Counted from the stretch's first letter, positions 24,001 to 26,527 are shown. The stretch: DNA of 46,126 nucleotides from an uncultured Planctomycetales bacterium (GCA_964510625.1 CAZEBD010000001.1:1-46126); one strand, 5' to 3'. The notes: a model not told the origin generated them from the sequence alone. Translations and numbers: made by a program.

Positions 24001-26393
24001 TTTTTATCTTGATAATCCATCCTTGTTACTGTTGTCTGCTTAGGAGCCATTTTAAAATAAACAGCTACTTGGGCTTTAGGGGTATTCAATCCTGTAGCAA
24101 CCAATACATTCCATTGAGGTAAAGGAGTAGTTCCCCCTTGAGGATTAATTAAATTAGGATTAAGTAAATTAGTTCTGACCTGGACTGCAGCATAAGCTAC
24201 GCCACCTTTTGAGATTGTTATCGCATCATCTGTAGTATAAGGAAGAACTGGCTTTGAAACGGTCCAACCTAAAAGAGTTCTAGCTTCTAATTGACCAAAA
24301 TTACTATAATTGGGCCTAAAATCTAATAAAGGATTGCTTGCGTTGGGACCTACTTCTACCCACAGATGGGCCTGAGGAGAAAAATACTTAGTTTTATCTG
24401 CAGAATCTGGTGTTAAACTAAAATCACTACCTGAATTTAATCCATAGATAGAAAGAGTTTGGGGTGTATACCCACCTAATTTATACCCTTCTTTTCTCAG
24501 TTGTTGCTGTAACTCACGATCATGAAGAATAAACCTACCATATTTCTTCATTAAATTAACGCTGTCTACAAATACAGTAATATCTCCGGTTTCAGTTCTC
24601 CCATAATGGACTGTTGATAAATCAAACGCTACCCCATTTATGGACTTCACACCCGAAAGGGGTCGGCCGGTATGAATAGCGTTTAAGAAACTATTCGTAA
24701 CTAAAGTAGCTTTAAGGGTATCAAGATAAAGACGCTCATCTGCAGCGGCTCGCTTAACTTCCGCTGGAGATATAAGAACATTGCCATACATATCGTAACC
24801 CGCTGGTTGCCAAGATTGTCTTGCAGGAGTAGTTGCTGCTGTTTGCTGTCTTACCGGGCCTACTGGTTGTTTAGTTTGAGTTGTTGCCGGCTGCCTCATA
24901 AAGCTGGGAGCAATGGGCGATTGAGACAAAAGATTAAAAGGATTTGCAGGAGTAGCTGCTGGCTGTTGTCTTACCGGGCCAATGGTCCGGGCAGGAGTAG
25001 TTGCTGCTGGCTTGGTTGTAGAACCAGGTACAAAACTCAATAAATTCGGCATCCAAGCAGGAACAGCCGCTGGCTGCTGTCTTACCGGGCCTACTGGTTT
25101 TTTAGTTTGAGTTACTACCGGTTTCTTAGTTGTAGCGGTCGGCTTCCAAGTAGACATAAAGGGTAATTGAGGCAAAAGATTAAAAGGATTTACAGTAGTA
25201 GTTTCCTGCTTCTTTACCGGGCCTACTGGTTTTTTAGTTTGAGCTGCTGCCGGTTTAAAACTAGAGACAAAAAACGACGGCATGAATATTGATATAGGTA
25301 TAGTCTTTTTAACAGTCACAGGCTGCTTAAAGACTACACTAACAACCTTAGGCACAACCTTAGGCACAACCTTAGGCACAAAACTAGGCACAAAACTAGG
25401 AAAAGAACCTTGTGGCTTAAAGGGATTACTAACAACCGGCGGCCGATAAACAACCCTCGTAAACGAATTAGTAGTCCGCCAGTAGTCACCTTTAGGTACA
25501 TATAAATAGGTGGTTGTTTTAGCATACTGTACGCCATTATTCCAATAATAATTGGTAGTAGTGTATGTCTTTGCGCCTAAAATTTGTTTGCTTTCCGCAG
25601 GGTCTAAAACCTTTAGACCTGAAGGAAGAATACTGGTTAAGGCATAACTACTAAATTTAGCTAAGAAGGTATCTTTCGGCAGGAACTCTTCGCGGTGATT
25701 ATCACTATAATAAACTTTATCTTCAGTCACCCTGGTGACTAAAATGTAATGCTCTTCGGTCAGGTGAGCGATAAACGGAGTAAGCGAAGCAAGGTCAGTA
25801 TCAGCCTTAACTTTGACCGGGTAGAGATCTGCTCCGAAAAATTTGGCGGCCTGGGAAAGGGCATAAAGGGATGTTTTAATAACTTCAGGTTGGCCAACCG
25901 GCTTAGTTACGTCATTGAGAATATCCACCGTAAGGGCCATAATCGCGATGTCCCCTTCAGCTGCCTTAATGCCCAAATAATTCAAATAATCATACAGAGC
26001 CTTTGAACCGCAGGGTTTTCCCTTTAACCACTCAGTAATCTCATCGATTCTCTGATTGGACATTTTCAAAGGCTTATCTAGATTTATGGTCAGATTGGAC
26101 GATACCTTTATTGCGTTTATGGGTTTATTGGCTATATCTTTGAGGATATTACGAATGGCTAAAGCAGTATCAATACTATTAAGATCTTTGAGATATCCCG
26201 GGGCAATTGCGCCTATAGCCGGCTTATTCCAGATTACCCGCCAGTCATATTCAACGGCCTGGGCGACCTGCTCAGGCAGGAAGACCGCCACAATAACAAA
26301 AGCAACCATGCGGATCCAAGTCTTAAAACTTGACTTGAATTCCTTCTTTGGTTGCTCAATCCGGACTTCTGTCTGTGGCATTTGTGTATTCAT
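1..26393 (-). CDS. Giant multi-domain membrane-associated protein; 5' end complete, 3' end runs off the window (>=8,797 codons inside the window)
   Basis: ATG at 26393-26391 with an in-frame TAA just upstream (26399-26397). I hand-translated the frame whose codon first bases lie at coordinates = 2 mod 3. It is stop-free and protein-like in every sampled stretch: 26393-25300, 22260-22200, 21720-21600, 18780-18540, 18360-18300, 17340-17280, 15060-14940, 14580-14400, 12240-12120, 10380-9900, 8280-8040, 5603-3700 and 120-3. The ORF track shows no long complete minus-strand ORF across these 26 kb, as expected if a single ORF lacks a stop inside the window. Confidence 0.85.
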   Translation of the reverse strand, partial: MNTQMPQTEVRIEQPKKEFKSSFKTWIRMVAFVIVAVFLPEQVAQAVEYDWRVIWNKPAIGAIAPGYLKDLNSIDTALAIRNILKDIANKPINAIKVSSNLTINLDKPLKMSNQRIDEITEWLKGKPCGSKALYDYLNYLGIKAAEGDIAIMALTVDILNDVTKPVGQPEVIKTSLYALSQAAKFFGADLYPVKVKADTDLASLTPFIAHLTEEHYILVTRVTEDKVYYSDNHREEFLPKDTFLAKFSSYALTSILPSGLKVLDPAESKQILGAKTYTTTNYYWNNGVQYAKTTTYLYVPKGDYWRTTNSFTRVVYRPPVVSNPFKPQGSFPSFVPSFVPKVVPKVVPKVVSVVFKQPVTVKKTIPISIFMPSFFVSSFKPAAAQTKKPVGPVKKQETTTVNPFNLLPQLPFMSTWKPTATTKKPVVTQTKKPVGPVRQQPAAVPAWMPNLLSFVPGSTTKPAATTPARTIGPVRQQPAATPANPFNLLSQSPIAPSFMRQPATTQTKQPVGPVRQQTAATTPARQSWQPAGYDMYGNVLISPAEVKRAAADERLYLDTLKATLVTNSFLNAIHTGRPLSGVKSINGVAFDLSTVHYGRTETGDITVFVDSVNLMKKYGRFILHDRELQQQLRKEGYKLGGYTPQTLSIYGLNSGSDFSLTPDSADKTKYFSPQAHLWVEVGPNASNPLLDFRPNYSNFGQLEARTLLGWTVSKPVLPYTTDDAITISKGGVAYAAVQVRTNLLNPNLINPQGGTTPLPQWNVLVATGLNTPKAQVAVYFKMAPKQTTVTRMDYQDKKGRTWSLAGFDGTAPIHLETKIDNLTMQVNYTRFMQLRGNITEAKAGIFFGDPIALDSTSTYGNGASNAPAAGWKPFTGWEADLLSPIQGAFNQAHNRFYENLYRPSNAAPGKDYVVGRDWVFSQDKVLAGYGGMIGGVNKTYLFSHRQVVADNFNTTGYDRYREVVFNKAGNPSSGIKSINIRAGKENIRIQDLMTQVLPKYGNASYQQLPVLDSAGNPLANGKTELKLFSMTNTQGQRFLEYNMNLNKYVFNAYQSGYSQGVSNGLAWLDKGSSYVGNSYVSLIGSQQGDFVETYRTGNGFGENSFQHLYFMDYAYKNNSWTNQIHPEFQIGSAAINDRYTKKELVDSLNYYAGFQSLYKDKINDANDLLQANIQAKELDAKLKANTSAANQLPAWDGVSEIRSHEQSRWEKTKDWFSRTFSMDRMYETKGKAQRAMDDYNSLAKEAAATGFMLDVERRWIDSIGSDWDLSRSMKAGEGLGLSNGKTATDIFSFLTQPENNIITKYGEAIQVIQGDFNTRLDKYNTVLVPKVESSFRTAEEYAEDLNSTPLPMLENMPMVHVMQYAYARTLEKDMKGGADPYHLVAEAYSSLPVGYGGWDLARDIALSGLDMYFAGAAGSFLKLGGSVIGQAIRGGATAAASGSTAALAEAAAARQAFTQALKRGVTLGLGNVALGQATSFAMNGKPLTNVNSNITLFATGFLSGSASNFARWGEAAGFSNLSRAVISQAALGGEVYLATGLVSDAVKGFKSGQQLTPSSIWGVYNKGLVYGAMAGGIFGGAGAVASSLSRVATSSWLTSSWAKLGLSTLGGAVVFPGAKTILEGDLSKFGANYSDWTNYARGGIIGLGLHGGYASGILSKSTGGLSNLSKVGWGLAKFSYGGGVTFAALPGVDLLKTGINYLRGQDGAYWNKADGFSYTKFGLDSAGSFALGGMTALYLGKANLAKNLSEYSVGGSEQATALFKTVKFNKFGNSLSGAELLYNRALAGALDWMLVSPAFTVGQGFWEGVKAKAGYYGSGLSAESQKLVNSSGLNSWFLTKGYYVKENGEMKLVLNSVTPKDILISGIEGPRSGLWMKPMIEVAQVRTSTANLGTVGGVGEKFINTLFRRPASVIKELRIGEKLATKVEAGDAKITFKDAVSNASAKFRQSVLEGANGSPKFSRLASAYPKTAKVLNKVIEGMQWADSNLITMPGIVTGIDTVIDIIDDQLLKATKATPIYDEIAPGQYSRQGYMSTGIKEVAKWIPFLRMSNFTPDKDLQLLTKGFTNDRGKFTSFEAFKNYEKLSSVVKEFGSISNALTKGDKQVASEITRVLTDQIGQGVHIADKAQAETMINSRSLESKERNITIVLPSGQETMLRVTLNDSLRLRAAQERLELFRTQGQYEEGLVKISSLNKRIGAELKRDYANRIERISALKGQVEREGLTKIEADFLNKQLVYENAYLNGSSLASVSSLGRAMYESLQRLNLELVKPDLLEALVKSADIKLEDGVLRSASKLLEKDIKNGLVNEKIVKDNVKLYLLDAFRRGLDKVSTPDIERLTNILKETREEIDAAAQTKSRLLDSRDYFMNKAKLSDDPGRDKILRERVLRSIEKKLRSIDAQIKTLETSSLRELNGQTNLKTGLFSKMKLGSQVATALYPELAVAPVLRAIDKSFENLSDRLEGGRIILAENGKDLVFMAKDRSDQYIAEGFNARVDLNKDSIQRKLEEITKSGIGKTEKIDKIFGLVARVIFEQVKKDTKGKIDLGRSNEQLGMIAGLLKENSVAQKTSGGKTLGFLAELIIRGVLSERTAGVRLNQLWVVKPGEAQMTIGGKGAIDFKELASLFGYELINGSSYYNEGNRSTAKLIDTLINPSKITILDQTTLGFLSLTKDASLREALMRQNTVRFDEFHLPFSSKVTYITADTQKIVDEAVIANTAKVQEALDPIMQNSGVAREQSSEGIEIKVTNKIEEAKGPGAYVYRDKGEYRLNQKAHDLAVEKIKTALGLKTDAEAKLFIKAYFDAFFADGSTVAVQNGEIKPVENGNVELNRVFSDVKFIAALYNRFIAEGKTIAREKLVYSETSSQGTVAGVLSLFNKGASIAGASGTLREVELMHALHLGRGITEVTQTEYKADVTEAKTEGEIKKAIIQAVSKRGPKGLLIIAKDAGQFEAVYNVLKDLKLELGKDLEVIDNFTLEHEVGKIANSMEGKVVLSNIKGATGIDYKGNNDLILVDAHNLSTSELLQALGRTARNQGETSKKSVFYQKDLLRDNVASPERSELYNKITESGVYGKKASELNLRRNADILQAEEISDALVHHIREAAYSKGLIEPLKLMISNTKGERQVKLEDILHEVLNIKEGDIDLSLGVSRDTNELIRESLQKVASQAEAVFGRIAKGDFGNNVTSQAAVIRDISRRLVNQADYAAIRARRDISIREATNLVEIAGVAKHSRFQEKILPDEMGKSAAKNQKAVAIVNSISFARTRAGERPLTRSQKDEVYKALDMVLSENGTRGSPEALSLVAKYVPALANVANSVSYLTLNTPESTQAVAELINNRVFASPDFADYSYDEKQRLADIFVGALNPALNYSDMLTVNTAYILMDKDAREKLKKDNYLSQAFLLNPTQFAEDMISPNWFLSSINAVKTALNNRKSLLLGSYIMFVSNNRLNLAQGDLKNIAKLDFNELDKVTGNILVRVGKESGGSLLEEVEYFLLKLALSKPNLKLLDFQKAKALWQTIDNLGFSAKELKEFNISNLLPAVAKKYEVLRIINKLLAKSDSELAVLIKGIVAKIDKKQKITLSDLGNNAELADSVIKLVDPFAPSFEVVKDRAVRLGETSVIAENDSIPFNSLLSSENEFLKFKTHVDRFTASIKGWVDRITTSMDADDIAKFSNTLTEDVNNSDLPDVKKKELISYIDAEAKSVLQDKLITAIAKGVLDAKKAAGETDDKPVGAKPNEIPSATTAPAVDTESTVVAVESTVQPQAAQPGENLATKYYGQVSQATGSNQGISAPFDTYRYIYHGTSIEHVLQMLFDSNGNLYSPDGNGDAVTLFTRMFTPVFANKFSDGIVLEFDSWALTENGVKLEAFGETSTHNKVPLRFLTDRAKVKLVQRLAESGALSSFDADQKNKIAELLGIDSLDQLTNQPSRQLPAETTSSVIKDLPEQPNNTGFTRIETALTVFAVGVTGAALPIIYGSGAGGVKGLIGLAVGVGLVGGGLVIKWLFNKYRNNKQSSPEQQTPAERTSPAIPAVPGQTVPNAPSVSASSTGLEVGAVLGGQTSQQEAMARSSFIHTISTQITEGYGRILSGLAPPVALAKAFLSKVLGASKSRGNVGALVVIVSSSVANAVRSTVELVGKLLGAQSANSRNGVEGQDAEGASSNVGNTSVEGVSINDSRVILGNSIGNKIARIISRITGSRSASAEADSKTGAEVLVVSTSTNGFVASIKAAVMIAARYLSRTKGEAENAENRGSIRAYGFSNDFSKASSYLKTLLFNHASHKKDGSLNRFGKITQKLAGSDRVKDSVAVKPIVEESELVKEVAAALEELTVAQAKRESIDRWNEHRKIELTQAEFIKLIDVIQAKKTELWEENGKKGNLEDYTQEAVEEISDWLAAQNKIRAAVGVVYRVGGDMDIVNAALKIIFDGKKYDGSKILEAGIQTRKLNKDEVDAYFTWLDAQNQAEVFIMAQKAIAIAREAIEKSGEAIEKSGEAIETAEESVGINKKNFEWMNGENCFTTIAPMPIRERLEAKRREVEAAGGMWTLRVAVQAYNDLVDQYNASHENQLEHLFVARVAPGRINEFIDQKVKFEIVEKLENSNFHAVMPFGYKVGKKGTFISAFGGNIANRKRLVNVAKFNFSGAGVITLVAESFNDKVEASEKENRVTEECYKDTDSAPIKGDSNNNAAQSADRKSDSSDTNSTTGSNGTTGTSSTTGITGTTGSTGSTGNSNGNSSSGFGSSNGDSSNGNAGMASIGLILAITAIAIAVSTALTVGGTTGVAAGAVAVVVALTAVITGANKNVGNLPNANRVEGLPQTGKVTMEHPRADTSDKVTSNSRAPPAGIFNDLSNALRNLKDNLERELARTAFRNNIVSRYTAAQLRNAIKALNDTIIALDRIANNPALFVIHFDMIARRREDDDIAAALLKKLIGAIKNRGLNNLHGRYFRAARLIAHRYGLPYASMIELTNTFILLNETDEFINTLKEESYVRAEALKARENKVNSTRINLAAGRISLTNENTVASEILNNVLNILDNSVGGYAQGAEIVVNAIKLAFGEARAGLANIAGALFSSVTGALSRIGSFLISLPILVAQLYELGRAITNGQTTGTENKTTAVQAAVNTVAVSLSNAVNAVVSFLANVSRELSNAIEVLPVADTVDVPAGLPVAGSLAASNGVKSANSHTVITGLIASVRKLISNKVSKSEVKEEGQSLIISKLVGIGSAIISLAPPVVGLVARFVANAINQLTNVIKERRNENGRHIKNERRISSDRHAVQNTQTSGIKTGRDSGNDEFAQYFSRKAEQLNRLYKTFSSLAKQGVQFVRAHAVAASLATIAFQIAVILSQITLTLPSAIISLLGIVVTAIFVKGGVTCAQSRSKTSVWTTSLTTPRIIQPSLQPVSKVVIRSESFWSKIQVQFMFVMVGLGTNWSGRSPPTSKAASRKPARLSQSTKSTQSTGLTNFIKALTSPTVAGKRVAPVIVRKSVQPLLQRVISGALATITMFFASVAPAMAASNGTNANAGFNLNYLWYLSVLAVAAAGFLSYRRKARQNVLRNAPGKNGFAASFLHRPNDNSLEFGDKYFLIYAKDFPYFKHETKNLPVVDGLVTHISATPLKLALKNYPELKYGGIVAPAPRSRYGFKIVKKNTNSVFSPITWGFILGSIVMSTGDVFNSLDIEYLFNYGLLGAFLFMTGASLVAVNRYRKNESRIKPVIMNPIVLISYFIMLAMYISGYFFNGWTLPPHGYSQDFLGPIVWSAVIISGAPVFFKKGALAALSVSHNKYRALVFKAAVSLFTFSAGTELAQGLGWIHGTFDWLDFVAAGLGSLAIFVIANISYARSRSSRGHNWRPVGQFVGALRYPSVAKDFVRMGLATYRIALNHIERTNGIRAPPVIRNIRALFYPIASRKDGQISYSVEIEDEAVRNQVQLHEAQATERKAIVAQAQAFKNKNAGAAAATLKAAVKSRLSNLSFTIKFIGYGLIDELSGTFKNILTKRGVVNLVFAFIIASSVFATTLNSFAGNSTALTAAITETQQGTGEFSKIQDIIESDTDDIGYGGLNIDNPQVSYDNQGRYSFIKDGQGRIRQEYKYSADGLTGTILNYDENGKVIETGVVTYDKNVPIYVTREDLVKEVPLPVEKQQKDPDYSALPSYQGTVGQRVSGNKGDWVWGIYDWWTNSEDKAAAQAAITAWGEDHPALFTSGNLNVVYTIPANYSNLGNEKLNVMIVKEGLTQADEDAIKAWSKVNKDLFTEKNANTNIVYTIPENYNGLSNKELKVIIVQENLTTADENAIAAWSDVHKDLFTEANAKSSTVYTIDADYNGLVNKKLDIMIVQEDLSPENEAAVAAWSKDNQDLFTEANANTNIVYTIPEKYNGLNNDELKVTIVQENLTTADENAIAAWSDAHKDLFTEENANNNAVYTIEANYNGLGNKKLDVMIVQENLTTADEDAIAAWSKVNQDLFTQENANNSIVYTIEADYNGLGNNVLKVTIVQENLTTADEDAIAAWSKVNQDLFTQENANNGTVFTIPANYNGLQNSKLNVFIVYEATTDADENAIIAWSNANQNLFNENYLGTTHIIPANYNGLGNKALKVEIQLNKDWKDSNDPDLSGKSAGRKALEDAEAKLVAALNEFTQAKAEFDTLTAKYDMETKQTELEAAKSKLSELEQAYEDAKAAYETLVTADPAVAAAKEAMDNAQAELTTAEQNITDLEKKLEDANKLVSDLSQQFVEAKAVLDQKQIAYNDSKAAFDVTSGDLTDPAVAAAKEAMDNAQAELTIAEQNAADLSKQVNDANRVVSDLMVEIDAAKIIRDQKEIDYNNAKAAYETASANLADPAIAAAKEVMDKAQADINDQKDLIVNLEKNYNDLKAKYDELVKQWGFNFNPDSHVTPYDLSVAQDTLDAKQATVDQFKEEVKKLREAISNEIKYIAAALEFTAKAQNITAKAQNITAKAQNITAKHQSINAQAQIYGWQWQPWNTMKQYPVLWRPIEIRWSGEKSASRIETFTYSQVAVFDPNFGENGAYVIPDYGFYYKHTEKAQAYTGYTIITDEEYSRVVVVNGKEELRVKFKTTKIKDLEGNVYPVSSARYIKDPLNIGVDDVFLYQLRNFMSKFGVEFYYSETNSNTKTQRTDNINNTTNEFIANLGNEGIVKFSVYEKIMAGTGEVIYLLYDGVHGDPRMTITKDKVNFTYPEFTFPKENVETKTIDMEYYFHTPALEQTAFDQQAWSANSSDKFHGVTLSFGVPWTDRQDIFLSLESLGELKAGTEASSADKIKAANELLDQMEQNRINVVRVYNTMTGDLWDALANHHIKVIQVIPNLDDRNNPGQDIKSRTFLNYVAMYKDHPAAFIWELGNEYNYHPEWFDNNIDNWYIEAEKAAGFIKQIDPNHAVSCSFGYSGTGSIDGDFSAAVSDVPSADIWGLNIYQWDNPTEILLEAKKLANGKGIYLSESGADSWNEYLQKEDQAGQAKAAANIWQAAKNADILGVTYMEAFDEWWKSTADPKVQDNYGTHFGVPYDNFGNEEWFGWWNVKGEPKEVVGTMQAIWNKEDALNKLFSPNMKWLGGSFNGENFTNKVEAMIDTATASGDINVYRQEAEPVNEEQSAVDHYQRVFSYFKKVPNIPYLLPAYGIITDFAGQVHLKTEFEFYNPWAASENKYVKFEKSNLTKFQTLSRDGVPTGYLYREPGDDFGRTWLEVSLSGEDIYLVDSFDTQNVYQPKVAYVLKWQGEDKGYVAIKQMKAQLDENGLVAGVEVKTVAQDLNLNAEQKMDLKRAIAQTIGNLTPTEVDELTDDEINKLVPDDFEMVATDAKLGDSTFIEYSVPGDSYGRILAIDRGTVFITSRFMELSPMALSGYFVDKASGQKVLEILNTDNGDKEYGLPADTDIQHYRVRYRDPNTGEVWYRWQYADVRVLGDFVYEEHGHFETLATPYKAPQGEKGESVDINVRWVPETRLKVDQWSKTRDEAVATSMYNVIDGEEFLAYTNQTIGGKAFPGIASEEARQQILAQLEQNGMTDADKNTLLNTNFREVKRTYADASTGRSGKIEYYYYLPSSPTKDYVMMKDNYHTVININWSNEKRGYENTFEFDNNTNSITGRVYNFSIETDSNGEKIRVYDTKYEDPARESITQIALRMDGRLYYQVNEGTWSRNPAVKVYFDGQELPLKSEVTDTNGVIESSKGPLYNYYIVFLNDKPGEYWIFARNINDSGEAYDAVNFVNGVQIDKNSPRIQTMEQAEAEKLAQRDGTYFKYGITIFEKADKYNPVLWKDYKNGSALNSFVEYLKVQFQKHIPQNSTGHNLTRGHNYLPSIAILLATAVGLVFIFILLRLGVWSGSWLSRLFGITNKKLVRLAQGVDHRIQPNLGAIKKKNAYRVWLEKYIADFNFLTPFIDYLEEKTIQYAQDRVAGRINPAAGERVVAIPDGNLDAEQAKALDQWIKRNSRTINPNNHGNTYTIRANYNRFGNKTFQITLAIIDVDFIDKQIVFWKSIIGYHSGIGSILDLLRAKGFYKFKGGYIFSTGEFKDLFKRFSKAGKDPIVELDLQKLIDSKALVPPVSWNYATLTQEQRMLCELLIDKIRDTLKEMRKKDGLIHYTYPISTFVFQFFIYPFRYFLTALFRFKLDENAKKELTDSDKAQNKIASRFWKAAIGAWLIWNIITWTVALIFCVPSLPILAVIFIAIPIMLLNFRVSFRAVVYLLFRVVEEDMSRIMGYHKVRTMREARKHLPTILGTGEGKEFFRAAINWLYSGPQGRMISQEKYKELRGILKCANQNDEKSMGKAISKLKTLGDWEAEQYFTQWLN
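3760..4700 (-). other. Clan GH-A (GH5-like (beta/alpha)8) glycoside hydrolase-type domain of the giant protein
   Basis: Translation gives RINVVRVYNT, then HPAAFIWELGNEYNY with the candidate acid/base Glu at codon 4337-4335, then KGIYLSESGADSW with the candidate nucleophile Glu at codon 4055-4053. The two Glu residues are 94 aa apart, a typical NE...E spacing for clan GH-A. Confidence 0.6.
5529..5600 (-). repeat. 21-bp in-frame tandem repeat x3.4 (AKAQNIT heptads)
   Basis: The plus-strand unit ggcggtgatgttctgggcctt occurs at 5529-5549, 5550-5570 and 5571-5591, with a partial fourth copy. The minus strand reads TAKAQNITAKAQNITAKAQNITAKH. Confidence 0.9.
6057..6355 (-). repeat. 225-bp (75-aa) repeat inside a coiled-coil-like segment (about 5610-6620) of the giant ORF
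   Basis: 60 bp are identical between 6071-6130 and 6296-6355, encoding ADPAVAAAKEAMDNAQAELT. A third, diverged copy lies at ~5860-5900 (ADPAIAAAKEVMDKAQADI). The surrounding sequence is rich in A/E/K/Q/L/D. Confidence 0.8.
6625..7880 (-). repeat. 8 tandem 159-bp (53-aa) repeats in the giant ORF
   Basis: The unit is approximately ADE(N/D)AIAAWS.....DLFTE.NAN...VYTI.A.YNGL.N..L.V.IVQENLTT. The period was measured from 6841 versus 7000, which is 159 bp. A 92-bp stretch is identical between 6841-6932 and 7000-7091. Confidence 0.9.
8340..10430 (-). other. Polytopic membrane block of the giant protein (about 10 hydrophobic helices)
   Basis: Translation gives successive hydrophobic segments: AVAASLATIAFQIAVILSQI, LPSAIISLLGIVVTAIFV, ISGALATITMFFASVAPAMAA, YLWYLSVLAVAAAGFLSY(RRKAR), ITWGFILGSIVMS, LFNYGLLGAFLFMTGASLVAV, IVLISYFIMLAMYISGYFF, LGPIVWSAVIISGAPVFF, FVAAGLGSLAIFVIANI and VVNLVFAFIIASSVFATTL. 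Confidence 0.6.
10018..10284 (-). CDS. Nested 88-aa ORF in an alternative frame inside the giant ORF; hypothetical protein with its own Shine-Dalgarno
   Basis: Listed in the ORF track. On the minus strand the ATG (10284-10282) is preceded by AAAGGAGGTGTAAC. The segment is a GC-rich island with C-ending codons. The translated sequence looks globular (MCPIKIEDIRMDHIVDYTKNY...). The giant frame stays open across it. Confidence 0.5.
   Translation of the reverse strand: MCPIKIEDIRMDHIVDYTKNYSTFATAREQSSNKIRIFLVQDSGAVHVRNGGTWHELVGPLAADVKSRIEEARTLVPVYKVNSIYGVN
12911..12970 (-). repeat. 21-bp in-frame tandem repeat (about 3 copies) in the giant ORF
   Basis: The plus-strand unit tttctatagcttctcctgatt occurs at 12911-12931 and 12932-12952, with a diverged third copy. 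It encodes EAIEKSG EAIEKSG EAIETAE. Confidence 0.85.
17250..18750 (-). other. SecA-like DEAD-motor / SF2 helicase-type ATPase domain embedded in the giant protein (aa ~2550-3050)
   Basis: Four motifs were checked codon by codon. Motif I is SVAQKTSGGKTLGFLAELI (18686-18669). Motif II is RFDEFHLPF (DEFH at 18329-18318). Motif III is IAGASGT (17750-17731). Motif VI is LLQALGRTARNQGETSKKSVFY (~17325-17280). From memory they are collinear with SecA MKTGEGKTL / DE.D / GMTGTA / RGRSGRQGDPGSSRFYLS. Confidence 0.7.
20900..22260 (-). other. Gly/Ala/Ser-rich hydrophobic (glycine-zipper-like) block of the giant protein
   Basis: Checked translation examples are DPYHLVAEAYSSLPVGYGGW and SIWGVYNKGLVYGAMAGGIFGGAGAVASSLSRVATSSWLT. 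The region contains many GxxxG/GG-containing hydrophobic segments. No family is assigned. Confidence 0.45.
24846..25400 (-). repeat. In-frame Pro/Lys/Val/Thr-rich repeats within the giant ORF: a 12-bp microrepeat plus about 4 imperfect ~40-aa units
   Basis: The plus strand shows aaccttaggcac x3 then aaaactaggcac x2 at 25343-25400, which reads FVPSFVPKVVPKVVPKVV. The unit cttaccgggcc(t/a)a(c/t)tgg... recurs near 24850, 24969, 25081 and 25214, giving KKPVGPV(R/K)QQ motifs. Confidence 0.75.
25644..26051 (-). other. C39-like (papain-fold, double-glycine-peptidase type) cysteine peptidase domain of the giant protein
   Basis: Translation gives EWLKGKPCGSKALYDYL (Cys128, codon 26012-26010), LTEEHYILVTRV (His215, codon 25751-25749) and VYYSDNH (Asp231). 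The Cys-His spacing is 87 aa and the His-Asp spacing is 16 aa, as in C39 peptidases. The domain follows an N-terminal hydrophobic anchor, WIRMVAFVIVAVFLPEQVAQA. Confidence 0.6.
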
Positions 26394-26527
26394 CTTTTAC
26401 TTAATGCAATTAAATAAAAAATAAATTTTTCCCCTTACCCCAAGTCTTTTTAGATTTTTAAATCCACTCTTCATAAGGGTCACCAGTTCTATTTTTAAAA
26501 CCTTTTTAAAAACTCTTATTAAGATTT

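Noticed and set aside
25644-26051. C39 domain as evidence for a bacteriocin or ABC-exporter locus
   Set aside because: No ABC transporter TMD/NBD follows the peptidase domain, and I saw no GG-leader peptide genes nearby. The domain is part of the giant protein.
391-26424. About 55 plus-strand ORFs of 60-190 aa listed in the track across the first 26.4 kb (for example 13600..14148, 15505..16077, 26056..26424)
   Set aside because: All lie antisense to the continuous minus-strand giant frame. Their translations are low-complexity (Ser/Leu/Ala/Cys-rich), they lack SD sequences, and several simply mirror the in-frame repeats (for example GGDVLGLGGDVLGL at 5298..5606). I treat them as shadow ORFs.
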